DNA from: Octopus sinensis
Taxonomy: Eukaryota
Reading direction: 5' to 3'
DNA: 64,000 nucleotides
Assembly: GCF_006345805.1 (NCBI RefSeq)
Contig: NC_042997.1
Location: 47,740,001-47,804,000 of the forward strand
Shown here: piece by piece, positions 1-13,051 of the stretch
How the letters are laid out: each line of letters begins with the position of its first letter
How positions within the stretch are numbered: position 1 is the stretch's first letter
The notes under the pieces: generated by a model
Database searches by the model: none
Told to the model about the DNA's origin: nothing
What the model saw: only the letters and a program-made list of their open reading frames with translations
Program-made: the position numbers and the translations under genes

Positions 1-254
1 ATTGATTTTTTTCAATGATTGTATCTAAAATGAAATCTGTGCACCGCTTAAATAATTAATATCCAGTGTAGAACTACCAGGAAAATAGCTTTGTACATTA
101 TAGTGTTACTTGTTGCTTCAGTGATACAAGAAAGTTTTTAAGATGATTTAAAACTTTGTTTTTATGATCTTCTCTGTTTTCAATATCGTGATATATATGG
201 AAAAAAAACCCCATGAAAATGAGTCGATAAACTGATGGCCTACTTATCAAAAAG

Positions 255-357
255 TCACTGTTTTGAATTCCGTTTCTGATACACTGCTGGAGGCATATTC
301 TCATCGATAAAGTTGCAAGTGAGCACTGAATCGGGATATTCCTTCCGATCTATGAAC
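255..357 (-). CDS. Candidate terminal coding exon of an unidentified gene (FIDRKEYPDSVLTCNFIDENMPPAVYQKRNSKQ*)
   Basis: The minus strand reads ...tacatgtattattAG|g ttc ata gat..., giving 33 open codons of non-repetitive sequence ending in TGA. No homolog recognised. Confidence 0.25.
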
Positions 358-1333
358 CTAATAATACATGTAAAATATATGCAGATTGTATTGTGATTGT
401 AAGGTAGTAACAGGAAATTAACCCTCCTGTAATTATTTAATTTATGAATAAACTGGAGTTGTTTTGGCTTAGCTGTTTTTCTCTCTCCACCCTGGAAAAA
501 GTCAACGCTACAAAAAGAGCTTCACTTATTTACAGGACTTATTCCGCCTACTGCCGTAAATAACAAATGACTATGAGGACTTAGTGAACTCAGCTGTTAT
601 CAATTACTCGTCATGCATTTAGCTGTTTACTATCAACTTAAAATGTTGCCGCAGCAACAGGATATAAACTATTGAATGCATTATGCAGAAAGCCATTTGA
701 TCACTAATATTTCTAAATCCATATTTAAAAGTAAATGTGTGTAAAGTAAATGTGAACTTCCATGGAGTTAATAAATCTACATTATTTGAATTTATCTCTG
801 CAGAAATTTCATTATACCAGCGTCAATAATAAATTTGAATAAGCAATAAACGTAATATCAATTCTCCATTCCTGTACATCGAACAGCAAATAATTAATGA
901 GATATAAATTAATATAAATCAAAGTTAAAGGATTCCAGTTCAATTGTTTAAGCTGCAATATAGCATATATAATATTCGTATCTATAGTGTCAAAATTTCC
1001 CCCTCAATGTATTTATTTACGCATATAAAAACTCACGATTCTGAAAATTTATTGATGGGTTATGATATAATTCATCCGTAGCTGCAACACTGATTTCTTT
1101 AGAAAGAAAATGAGCGTAGTTTTCTTTGGTTTCATGAATAATTAAAACACTATTACAGAAATTATGGATCTATTCATCTATTAAAAAATATTTATCAAAA
1201 TCCTGAAACATTTTTACAAACAACTTAGAGTATTTACATGAACGCATTCAATGCAAGTTATTCTATGGAATTTCTAATGTAAAGCGAAAAAGCCATAGTG
1301 TTACATATGTATGCACGTGTGTGTCAGTATATA

Positions 1334-1380
<47 letters not shown>

Positions 1381-1624
1381 TAAGATAACAAAAGAGAGAA
1401 AGAGACCTCGATATTATGTAAATAGAGGGATTTATCCGTAAATTCTTTCATAGCATTTTTCCGATGGCCAGATAACTGAAGAGATGGTGGCGTGGATTTC
1501 CACCTCGGCATCCGAAACTCGGAGTTTTATATATATATACATATATACATATGTGAGAGAGAGTGTGTGTGTGAGTGTGTGTGTGAAATACATATATGTG
1601 AGAGCTTAAATATATATGTAATGT

Positions 1625-1855
1625 GGCGGCGAGCTGGCAGAAACGTTAGCGCGCCGGGCGAAATGCTTAGCGGTATTTCGTCTGTTGTTACGTTCTGAGT
1701 TCAAATTCCGCCGAGGTCGACTTTGCCTTTCATCCTTTCGGGGTCGATAAATAAAGTACCAGTTTCGCACTGGGGTCGATGTAGTCGACTTAATCCCTTT
1801 GTCTGTCCTTGTTTGTCCCATCTATGTTTAGCCCCTTGTGGGTAGTAAAGAAATA
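1625..1855 (+). mobile_element. tRNA-derived SINE, family A (octopus OK-like), near full-length young copy
   Basis: tRNA-like head GGCGGCGAGCTGGCAGAAACGTTAG with B-box-like GAGTTCAAATTCC and central CCTTTCATCCTTTCGGGGTCGATAAATAAAGTACCAG. Near-identical copies lie at 28355 and 63785. Confidence 0.9.
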
Positions 1856-2120
1856 TATATATGTAATGTATTCGCGCCCCTTTTCCCACACACACGCAGA
1901 CACACAGTCTCACACACGTTCACTCACACATATTTATATGTGTGAGTTAGTCTGCTTTTGTGCTATGATTATTCGTTTGAATATTTAATGAAATTTTGTT
2001 GAATGGTGTTATAATTGTCGCGGAGAAAATTAAAAGCAGTAGGACTTTATGTATTTTATATTTTAAAATCTTGACAACTTTTTCTAATCCGTTTACGCAG
2101 CTTTTATATAACTTCTTGCA

Positions 2121-2320
2121 AGGCTGCGAAGTGGCAGAATCGTTACGGCGCCGGACAAATACCTATGGTTCTTTACGTTCTGAGTACAAAGGTCAACGAG
2201 ATTGACTTTTCCTTTCATCATTTCGGAGTTAATCAAGCAAGTACCATTTGAGCACTGTGGTCGATATAATCCCCTTTCCCTACCTTGAAAATAGTTGAAC
2301 TTCTTCCAAAAATAGAAATG
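2121..2320 (+). mobile_element. SINE family A, older diverged copy
   Basis: Degenerate match to the 1625-1855 head and central domain (ttacgttctgag...ctttcatc...aagtacc...ggtcgatataatc). Confidence 0.7.
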
Positions 2321-2594
2321 ATTGTGCACCTAAATCCTACCAGGATTATAGTTTCTTTTATCCTTTTATAATCTGTCGATAGCTGGGATAAAGTACTGAA
2401 CTTAGCTAAATTTTATCCCGGAATTTATTTATGCTTTAGACTGTAAAAATCAAAGGATAGCTACTGTAACATTGCAATAGAAGCGCTGACATATCAAACA
2501 CATTCTCCTTGCAATAAACTAATCGCAGTTTAGCGTTTTAGGTATCCACATTTCATAGATAACACTCGGTGTGTAATAAGTGCACAACCTTTTA

Positions 2595-2599
<5 letters not shown>

Positions 2600-2659
<60 letters not shown>

Positions 2660-2719
2660 TATATATATACATCTATCTATATATATGTATATATATATAT
2701 ATACATCTATATATATACA

Positions 2720-2769
<50 letters not shown>

Positions 2770-2814
2770 CATCTATCATATATATACATCTATCTATCTA
2801 TCTATCCATCTATA

Positions 2815-2895
<81 letters not shown>
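2600..2895. repeat. Compound (TA)n/(TC)n/(GA)n microsatellite
   Basis: Directly visible. Confidence 0.95.
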
Positions 2896-2898
<3 letters not shown>

Positions 2899-3267
2899 TG
2901 CAGTACACAGTAGTTTTAAATCAATAACTTAGTAATATTTACCCACGTTTATAAGCGCACAACAAATCTTCAAATATATATTTATACATGTATACATCTT
3001 TTCCTCTGATAGAAACGTAATAACACTTTGAGTTGGAGATTTACTAGGAGAAAAAGTTACCGTCTAGATTATTCGGCTGGTAAGTATTTTAAATACTGAA
3101 ATGGATTATGATTTAGTACGAGAAGTGGAATGTCTTAAACTGTATCGTAAATCCTTTCCACCAGTATTACATTTAGGTTGTCCAAATACATTACTACCTG
3201 AATAATAGTAACGATCATTACGCTGAACTTAACTGCGTGCGCGTCTAAAACATACATTCCAATGTTA

Positions 3268-3776
3268 TCTATATATTTAAAACTGTAGTTGTGTGAGTGT
3301 CTGTCCCCTTCGATTTAGATTCCTAACTACTCCCACATTTTGCGGTGCAGTTTAACCAAATTCGGGTATCTTATAGTCGTGATTCATATCGAGCCCGTCT
3401 GGCTATTAGCGCGCGTCTACGATGAGTCTACGATTCTAAAAATAATTTAACATAATTTTTTATTCCATTTTAATGCATAATTTTTCGTGTGTCGATGGCG
3501 GCGGAGTTGGTGTCCATGGTCACACCTGCACCTGTGTTCTCCCCCTTCTTCCCTCCCTCGTGAAGCTGTGGGGAAGGGAGTGTAAGGAAATCAACGTCGT
3601 AAAGCGTTGTCAAGGAGACCAGCGTTCTTTTAGAACAACGACTTCATAGCTTGAAGACACCAAAACAGAAATGGCTGAGAAAGCCCGAATTGGCATCTAT
3701 AAGGGAAGTAACTCAATAAAAATGCTTATATAGTTATTTCCCTTACAAACCGAGCAACGCCGGGCGATACTGCTAG
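3268..3776 (+). mobile_element. Non-autonomous Helitron (about 509 bp)
   Basis: 5' A|TCTATATATTTAAAAC and 3' CCGAGCAACGCCGGG hairpin followed by ...CTGCTAG|T. This matches the TC...CTAG termini and A/T insertion site of Helitrons. Confidence 0.75.
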
Positions 3777-3886
3777 TAGAATATAAATTCATATGTAACT
3801 AACCAATATTGCCTAAAAGAAGAGGAATTCCAACGGTCACTGGGGGTCTTTTTAGTTGCATTATTAATGGCATTAATTAGGTCAGA

Positions 3887-4540
3887 TACGAGGTGTATTC
3901 CAGAGGTTTCGAGGGGTTTTCAGGAGAGATATTTATTCATTTCACAGACGTAAAAAATGTAATTTCCTTCAAAGAAGGATACTTTTACATCGATGTACTT
4001 GTTTGCACAAGTCATTTCGTGAAGGCTCCACGAGAGCCCACAGAATTGAAGGCGTCCAGGATACTTGTCACGGCATCCTTCATCTTTTACTTCAGTTTGG
4101 AGGGAGCAAGGTGAGCACTTTAAGGAGGGTGAAAGCCACTTTTTATGTCCATCTCTGTGAAGTAGTAGTTTACCATGATGTAATTGTGGACTGGTGCATA
4201 TTCTATTGCCTTCTTGCGACGAAATCTCTTCCTGAATTCCCTCAAAACTTCCACCAAGTACTCTCTTTGTTGACTGAGGGTAGCCACAGAATTTAGATGA
4301 AGCCCTTGCTATCTAAAACGGGGATTATCATAAGCTCTCTCGTGAACTCGCTTTCCCTGGCCTTTGCGCCAGCGAGAAACAGATTATCAGCTCATATAAT
4401 TTAATCCATAAGCAGCCTGGAACATGTCATATTTTCTGTAGCATCTTTGATCAGTTTAGCACGAGTCTTCATTGAATACCGAGCACGAAATATTTTTAAT
4501 GTCCTGACTGCATTCTGTAAAATAGTCCGCTGTGAAAAGT
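3887..4540 (-). pseudogene. Mariner transposase relic (catalytic C-terminal half)
   Basis: Minus-strand translation with frameshifts: LDSKGFI..VNKE.YLVEVLREFRKRFRRK..APVHNYIMVNYYFTEMDIK..PKL..MKDAVTSILDAF. A TIR-like TACGAGGTGTATTC lies at 3887. The right boundary is approximate. Confidence 0.75.
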
Positions 4541-5075
4541 AGTGTTTGGTAGGGTGTATTCAAAGTATTATTAAAGCCGGTATTTTTCAATTTGGAATAG
4601 CAAAACTTGGCTGATCATCTTATTCTATGAATAGTAATGGTATACTATAATTAAAATAACCGTGAACAATTTATAATTGGGTCTTCTAAAATATCTAAGA
4701 ACTTGTGCCATACAGCTTATATCGCACTCACTAACTGATAGGTTGACCACACACCATGTGACTGAAACTAGAGAGAAGAACACTGGCAGTGTTTTACCTT
4801 ACATTCGAATGGTTTACACTCCATCATAATATACTGATTGACAGTTGAACTGAAGGCTCATGCGTCTTCTCAACGAATTAGATATTAAATCAAAGACAGA
4901 ATGTTAGGATGATCGCATAACTGAATAATATTCATCGAACGACGGAGATCCACCATGTCCATATATAGACGTACATACGAACGCGTAAACACACACACAC
5001 ACAATTATATGCAGTGGCACAAAAGTTGGTGTGTGGCTATTTGTAAGTATATATGTGTGTGTGTTTGTATATAGG

Positions 5076-5383
5076 TATGTATGTATGTATGTATGTATGT
5101 ATGTATGTATGTATGTATGTATGTATGTATGTATGTGAGTGTGTGTATGTAGATTCCAACATAACTCAGCTTCCCATCTGTTGTCTATATTGATTTTCTG
5201 AATATACCTAAAAGATCATTTCTCGAAAGTGAATGGGAAAAAAAATAATTAATTTCGATATAAAAACGAAGACATGTAAATGTATTATCCGATCGAAGTA
5301 TTATCCTTCATGTTGAAGCAAATAATTTTTCTTTCTAACATTCTTTCCCTTTCTTTTTTTATGTATCACTTTATCTATCTATG

Positions 5384-5447
<64 letters not shown>

Positions 5448-5548
5448 CATCCATCCATCCATCCATCCAGCTAGCTATATATGCTATATAACGTTTTGTA
5501 GATATATACACGAATAATTAACACACACCTATTATTTATGTAGTATGA

Positions 5549-5640
<92 letters not shown>
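5076..5640. repeat. (TATG)n, (TATC)n/(CATC)n and (TA)n/(GA)n microsatellite cluster
   Basis: Directly visible tracts at about 5076-5135, 5373-5468 and 5547-5640. Confidence 0.9.
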
Positions 5641-5644
<4 letters not shown>

Positions 5645-5679
5645 AGATAATAAGTAAGATATACGAACATATATGTATA

Positions 5680-6074
5680 TACTCTTTACTCTTTTACTTG
5701 TTTCAGTCATTTGACTGCGGCTTTGCTGGAGCACCGCTTTTATTCGAGCAAATCGACCCCGGGACTTATTCTTTGTAAGCCCAGTACTTATTCTATCGGT
5801 GTCTTTTGCCGAACCGCTAAGTTACGGGGACATAAACTCACCATCATCGGTTGTCAAGCAATGCTAGGGGGACAAACACAGACACACAAACATACACGCA
5901 CTTACATATATATACATATATACGACGTGCTTCTTTCAGTTTCCGTCTACCAAATCCACTCACAAGGTTTTGGTCGGCCCGAGACTATAGTAGAAGATAC
6001 TTGCCCAAGGTGCCACGCAGTGGGACTGAACCCAGAACCATGTGGTTGGTAAACAAGCTACTTACCACACAGCC
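5680..6074 (-). mobile_element. tRNA-derived SINE, family B (octopus OR-like, CORE-like CACCTTGGGCAAG segment)
   Basis: Reverse complement reads GGCTGTGTGGTAAGTAGCTTG...GGTTCAGTCCCACTGCGTGGCACCTTGGGCAAG, then an internal TA/TG tract and a 3' end ...CAAGTAAAAGAGTA. Homologous to the copies at 17023, 20562, 39679 and 62197. Confidence 0.9.
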
Positions 6075-6379
6075 AAATACCCGTGAATGTAAATGTGTGT
6101 ATGTATACGTATTTATGTACATAGAAATTACGTGAAAATTAGTTTTCAGTTTAATTTGTTATTCCTCAATTGAGGGTTGTATTAACACATTTTTAAATAC
6201 AATTTGCCTTGCTTCGGCGTTTATTAAGTTTATGATTCGGCGGGGTTCTGTGTATGGTATACAACTGAGAATTTGTGGAGCAGTTATTTAGTTATTTATT
6301 TTGCAGCAAATGCATAGCTTTCTGAGATATAAATCGTATGTTTTTTTAATAGTTTATGTTTGCGTAAATGTGGCGCATT

Positions 6380-6860
6380 CATTAGAAACTGTTATAAGCG
6401 AAAAAGCAGTTTATTAATTAGTTGGAATTATTTTTTTATCTTCATGAATTTTCTTGATGTTTTTATTCGTTTGGGCTGCTCTGAACGAGGCTGGTCTTCA
6501 AGCGACAACTGACCATTCTTAAAGCGGGAAAACCAGTCGTAAATTTGTGTTTGCATATGACAGCATCCTTATAAGGTGCTTGAAACATGACAACTGTTTC
6601 GGCCACAGTTTTCCCCGTAGAAAAGAGAATTGCACGGAAGCCCGCTGTTTCTTCGTTTCAGCCATTGCAAAAGTCGACCAACAGAGTAAAAAAACTGCAA
6701 AACAAAAAAGCATCACGTGCCAGTACGGCTTCACTAGAAGACGCTGGTCGGGAGACTGATGTATGAGGGTCGCTTCTGGTGATTTCTAACAGCGGAAGCC
6801 TGAACTACTGCAGGTTTGTCCACAATAAGCGTGTCTGGTTATTTTGGGTACCCCCTGGTA
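6380..6860 (-). pseudogene. Mariner transposase relic (N-terminal HTH region)
   Basis: MAETKKQRASVQFSFLRGK..KHLIRMLSYANT..WFSRFKNGQLSLEDQPRSEQP, with a frameshift, matches a mariner N-terminus. A possible TIR end lies at about 6860. Confidence 0.75.
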
Positions 6861-6868
6861 TATATATA

Positions 6869-6920
<52 letters not shown>

Positions 6921-7659
6921 TGTACGTATGTAAGCATGTATGTATGCATAAATATATCTGTTATTTTCCAGGAGCTTCGAGATACAAGGCAGGTTAGAAA
7001 AATCTGTCTAACCGCGTGTCTCAGTGGCAAGAAAATATTAGTAGTTCTTATTTTAATACAGTGTGCATTAAATTATATATATATATGCAGGTATATATAC
7101 ATATATATATATGAAAAAGAAGAACGAAAATTCTACTTTTAAAAAATTAGGTTCATTTAAATTTCTTTATATTAAAAAATGTTTTTGCTTTATATGTTTC
7201 GGTTGTTTATAAACCTTGTGAAAAATATATACTTAAATGAAATACGTACAGAAAAAAGATTGTTAATGAACTAAAAGTTCATAGTGTACTTTTCTTTTTC
7301 TTGTAAGAGCACGTGGTAAATTCTATATATGGCTGAAGCGGAAAGACCAAAAATGGCTTGAAAGTCATAACATGCCGGAGGACAATAGCATCACTAGGTG
7401 AGACAAGCTGACCTGAATTAGTTTCGCCGATTGACAGATGACGTTATCGTTTAGAGAATGCGTGGGCTGAGACTACGCGCCTTCATTGGTCAATTAAATT
7501 TGAGACAGTGTCACGTGACAACTTGCTGGGGCTGCCTGCTGGAGCCTTGTTGCAGGTATTTAAAGGAAAAATTTTGACAAGACAGTCAGTCGCCCGCTGA
7601 AACTCGTTGACGATATATCGAAGAGGCCAGGGAACAAAAGAAAGAAGACATGCACCCAA

Positions 7660-8270
7660 CACCAGCGCTGAAGACACCTCCAAAAGGGGGCGGCGCCTCT
7701 TCAAAGCGGTAGGGGCCGAAACCGGACGTGGTTCCTGCTGATGATGTCTTGAGCTAACTGGATCCTATAAAGGAGCTGTTGTGGTAGCAGACCACGAAAC
7801 ACGGTTGAAATACCCCATTAGTCAGTCAGCTCGAGCAGATGTCTTCCTGGGGCTATAAACTACAGTAGTATCGTCCCTTATGGGTCAGCCACATGTAGGT
7901 GGCAAATATACATCTCGATTTCGTGTTGCTACTGTTTATATCTCGCTTAGAGTTTTATTATTGCTTGTTTCTACTTTTTCGAGACTGGTGGCTTTTCGCC
8001 ACTACAAAAAGTATATGTATTTGCATTGAGAAATCAATTCTCATCCCCAGCCGGTCGTTGTCACACGCTGATAACAGGTTATTACGCAGAAACTCGGGTC
8101 CGTGCGCATCACGTCAGGCTGGAGATGGGAACGATGATTTCTCTTTGTAAATACTGACAGGGCACAGAAAGTGTGTCATTAGCCATCTGGAGGAGATGTC
8201 TTCCTGGGGCTTTAAACTACAGTGGCATCGTCCCTTATGGGCCAGCCACATTTAGGTGGCAAATATTCTT
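7660..8270 (+). mobile_element. Penelope-like element terminal-repeat relic with partial tandem duplication and degenerate hammerhead motif
   Basis: 73-nt direct repeat at 7837-7909 and 8194-8266 (5 mismatches); hammerhead-like motif at 8064-8104; homologous to 47856-48281. Confidence 0.6.
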
Positions 8271-9268
8271 CACGATATATGTGTGTGTGTGTGCTTGTGT
8301 GTGTGTGCTTGTGTGTCTATGCCTGTATGGGTGAAGTGTGTATTATAGTTAAATAACGAGAGAAGATGTGTAAGCATGCATAATGAATATTATATATAAT
8401 AAACACCTGATTCTGTCAGTTGGTGTGTGCTTGTGTGCGAGCATACGTATTTGTGTGTGATAAACTGCAATGCGCCTCTTGTTGCATTTACTGTAATATA
8501 TGTAGGTTTCCTGCGAAGAACGAGAGGAACTATGTAAATATGCAGTATTAGTACGTCTCGTTTTGAATTCTTCAAGCTTATACATGTTTTCGTATTTGTA
8601 CAAAGGTTTCCATATGCAATGGATTCTTTTGATACCACCAACATACCAATTCTATACATATATCTGTCCACATTCCTGCACAGAGCTATTCAACCATAGT
8701 TTTGCTAAAATGAGCCATTATTGTGTCATGATTCTATTGCAAATAATTTTACACACGGTTTCATTGCAGAAGATTGAACATATTTCAAAGTAATGTCGAG
8801 ATCCAATACAGTACAGCTTTTTCTAATATTAATTAATTCGTTTTTATGAATACCGAATGAATGAAGTAATATTTCTGAGTAAATAATATGAGGTGCAAAG
8901 AATTAAAATGTCTATTTCCAATATGATGCCGTTGTGGTGAGCTCAAGTTAAAGACTCACCAAAAATACGCTCAGTGTTAGTTAATTTGAGCTGTTTAATA
9001 ATTCTTTCTTTTTGACGCTGCAATAATTTGAGAGGAAAGAGAAGTAACTTATTTCAATTTTAGTTATCGACTAGCATTTATTCGATCGGCCCTGAAAGGA
9101 TGAACGGCAAAGTTGATTTTCGTGGTATTTGAACTTCTAACACAAAGGGTCAGCAGCAATGGTTTTAATCCTTTTTATCTCAGGTGGTACCAATTTTGTA
9201 AGCTTGCCGCCTGCGGGCCCTATAGTAGTAATTATTTAATTCTTCCTATTATTATGCGTCTGAAGATA

Positions 9269-9488
9269 AGGGGACCAGCTAGCAGAATAGTTAGCATACC
9301 GTGCAAAATTGTTAGCTGCATTTCGTCCGTCTTTACGCTCTGGGTTCAAATTCCGTCGATGTTGAATTTGCCTTTCCTTTTCTATGGCTCCATAAATTAA
9401 GTACGACTCGAACACTAGCGCCGATCTAATCGACTAGCCCCCTCCCTCAAAATTTCAAGCGATGAACCTATAGTAGAAACGATTATTA
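9269..9488 (+). mobile_element. SINE family A, old copy
   Basis: Contains tagcagaatagttagc...ctctgggttcaaattcc...ttgcctttc...aattaagtac...aatcgactagccccctccc. Confidence 0.7.
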
Positions 9489-12400
9489 TGCATGTGATAT
9501 CAATAAAAAAATTGCACAACAATTTCACATTTCCTACTCACCTAACAGTAATTAACTGTCACTCTGGCAAATATTAGAATCGAACCTTCTAGTAGCCAAT
9601 CTCCCTCACATATTACCCTTAATCATAGACTAGGAAACTACTCGTTGACTTATAATGTAAATAAACGGGACGTCATGTCTGCAGCACCTTTGATCTTGTA
9701 CCAGTTCAATGAAAGATTTCATCGGGTGAAGTAAAAACAGAAATATCAATAATTCTCTGCGAAACTAGCATAAGCATTCTAAACTAATGAAATCTATGCC
9801 ATTGAACTATCTGGCTCATTTTACTTGAATGCACTGAAAGAAGAAAAACATTCTCAGTGGTGCGTCTACGATTCCAGGAACCATGCAACACCCTCCACCA
9901 TTATTACATTCATCTGAGATATATTGAAAGGACTAACCAAAACAAAATATAGCACTGAATTAGCGATGTTATTTCCATTATATTGGATTTATCAAAGTTG
10001 TACTCCATTATATAAAAAGCAACATCGTATTATGTGCCTTTCAATGTGTAAAAATAAAAGTCGAAGCAATGCAACAATAAGTAAATCCGACAGAATTTCT
10101 GAAAGACTGGGAAAGAAAGAAATGGAATGCATTTCTTTGTTGTTGTTTGTTTTATTTGCTAATAGAGGTGAACGTGTTCTAAATGATGTCGATGATCAAT
10201 GAAAGAGACATCTCACTAAAAATATCTCCTTAATCGGAATCCTCTTTCCAATTGCTGTTTCAAAAGCGACGGAAGTCAGTCGTGTTGCTTCTGGCGTGTA
10301 TTTTTAGTTACGATGTTGACTGTTGAATGATTAAACCGTTCTTGGAATGAAACCTCCGGGATATTATTTAGGTTGAAAGCAGTACTAAACGTGCGCATGC
10401 ACGCACACACACACACACGCACACACACACACACTCGCATATGGACATACACACTCATGCATGTATATGTGAATCGTAATGGAGTATTCGTTAGCAATAA
10501 TTATATCAAATCCCTCTACATATCAATGAACTCAGCTCATACTTAGACACGCACAGGTATACACACGTGCGTGCACTTACACATACACGTACATCAATGC
10601 AAACACACATACGCACACACATACATATCTATACACACATATGTATGCACGTATGTATTTATGTGTATGCGGTGATAGTAGAATCAATACTAATTTTTAA
10701 ATAGTAAACAGTGAAATGTTATTTTGATAGCTAAAATACTTATCCACAGTGTATGTAGTCTCAAATATGGGCACATAATTCATAGACTGGTAAGAATATT
10801 TCTCAATGCATTGGCAATTTATGAGAAGTGAGCTGTTCAATATTAACTTTCAATACTAGTAATCCTCGGTGCACAGTTGAAATCATTAAAACAAAATATC
10901 TTCTTAAATTCATTAACGTCTAACTACATACACCAGTGAAATTCCCCACTTCAGATAAATTGAACTGTCACAAAGAAAACAAGTGGAATCCAGTTTTTCA
11001 GTTCTTAGCTTGTGTTTAAAATCGTAACAGAAAATTAAACAATGTTTAGTAACTTCATCTGAGAAATATATCCAGTGAAAGTGGACGAGCAAGTCTATGA
11101 AATCTAGCAATTACCATGCCAATAAAATCTCCAACTAAATGCTTTATGTCTATCTAGGTTTAAGGGTGATTAATTGTCATGATTTATAAAGCATTTCATG
11201 AAAATGTAACTAGTATATTTATTTATGCCTTGTAGCTTTATGACCTCAGATCCCACTACAGTGAGTTTTTCCTTTCAGCCCAAATAATTACCAATATTTA
11301 ACTTTACATCTGTCAGTTTAAGTTTGCATTCGCGACATGTACAAGAGTTTTGTTTGCTGCTGCAACGGGAAAACAATAAGTGCTAACGACTTTAACACAT
11401 ACCGCTGCCTGTTTACGTAGTATATCTACAAAGATTCAAGCTTTTTAACCGCATGCTTATAAGACTCACTATTTATTTATTTAAGCATCCCAAGTGTTTA
11501 CTTTTGTGTCTATGTTTATTTTAACATTCCACAAGTTTAGTACGAATTTGCACAAAAATAAATCTTTAGTGTTACTCAGTCAAAACATAAACTTGTGACG
11601 TTCGTATTTTGAAATTTTCTACTGATCACTAACTTGCATTTCCTCTCAAAACTATACGGTGAAGAATGACAGGATTTTAAACCGAGCGATGCTACGTTTT
11701 CTTTCACATTTGTATTCATTGTAGCTGAGAATAACTGCTGGACGAAACACGTTTTCATGAAATCTTTTCGTGCAGATTGCAACAATAAGGGAAGCGTTAA
11801 GGAACATAAGCATTTGGCTCTGTAAATGTTTAGGCAAATATGAAATACGTCATAAGGTTTGTTATTTGTTTATATGTGTTTTCTCCTTTTGTAAATTCGG
11901 AATAATTACTATCATATATACACCAACGTCCCTGAAAATCCATTCACCTTGAAATCTTTACTCTGAATAAAAATACAATAAACAGAAGAGAAATAAATCT
12001 CTTAACATAGAAGACAAAATTAAATGACAGTTATATATTCGTGATACGTATTTCTCTCTCCCAACTCTCGTTCTACCATGAGGTTAAAATACAATCAAAT
12101 GAATTCGTTATAGTAGTTCGTTTACTTTCAGTTTAAAACGTATGAATTTATAAACATTTTGAATTATGTACACAAATGATTCGAAATAAATTATGCAGAG
12201 AGCGGTTGTAGACATTTACTTTTTTGTTTGTAGATGAGAGTATTAATAAGCTAATGATAATATCGTGGTATTCATTATCATATCGAGAGCAAATGTATGA
12301 TATACTGGAAATTACACGTGAGTTTGCTTTTCTAAATATTACTGTTCCTTTTCCTTTCGTAGTTAGAAATATGAACGGAAATGAAAATCATATTACTGGT

Positions 12401-12770
12401 GTTTATAACGTTTGTAATGTGTATATAAACATGGATGGAAACGCTATAATAGTTTGCTCCAGAAAAATGTCTCAAAGAACGTGTGTTACAAATGGGATAG
12501 CTCAGGACGCTGAAGGATCGCCAGATACGTTGTTTTGACCAACTGTACTCTAGTCAGCAACTACTGACGTTTCAAACCAGGCCGAAAACACTTTGTCCAG
12601 ATATAAAATTCTATAAAAAAAACATTCACTGATTTTCGTGAGAGCTAACCAGGCTAGAGTTCAATTAATATATAGAATTGAAAAAAGAAAAAAAAAATTA
12701 GATTAAAACACCGGCGTGTACAGAATTCATATCTTTATAAGTATGTATTTGAATAAAATCATTTATATGT

Positions 12771-13051
12771 GGAAGCATTCCGTCGGTTACGACGACGAGG
12801 GTTCCGGTTGATCCGAATCAACGGAACAGCCTGCTCGAGAAATTAACGTGTAAGTGGCTGAGCACGCCACAGACACGTGTACCCTTAACGTAGTTCTCGG
12901 GGATATTCAGCGTGACACAGAGAGTGACAAGGCCGGCCCTTTGAAATACAGGTACAACAGAAACAGGAAGTAAGAGTGAGAGAAAGTTGTGGTGAAAGAG
13001 TACAGCAGGGATCACCACCATCCCCTGCCGGAGCCTCGTGGAGCTTTAGGT
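12771..13051 (-). mobile_element. SINE family C, 5'-truncated young copy
   Basis: GC-rich island. The reverse complement reads CCTAAAGCTCCACGAGGCTCCGGCAGGGG...CGTCGTCGTAACCGACGGAATGCTTCC, which I recognise as a common octopus SINE body. Domain assignment is uncertain. Confidence 0.7.

Noticed and set aside
1625-1720. tRNA-like sequence with A/B boxes
   Set aside because: It continues into a SINE body and recurs at many loci, so it is a SINE head, not a tRNA gene. The same applies to the other SINE heads.
7661-7735. CTGAAGA...GAAACCGG hammerhead-like motif
   Set aside because: U16.1 is missing, stem I is broken and stem II is unclear. It is too decayed to call on its own and is noted only as part of the PLE relic.
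9543-9835. Minus-strand segment with good acceptor and GTGAGT donor
   Set aside because: All three frames contain stops; there is no support beyond the splice-like motifs.
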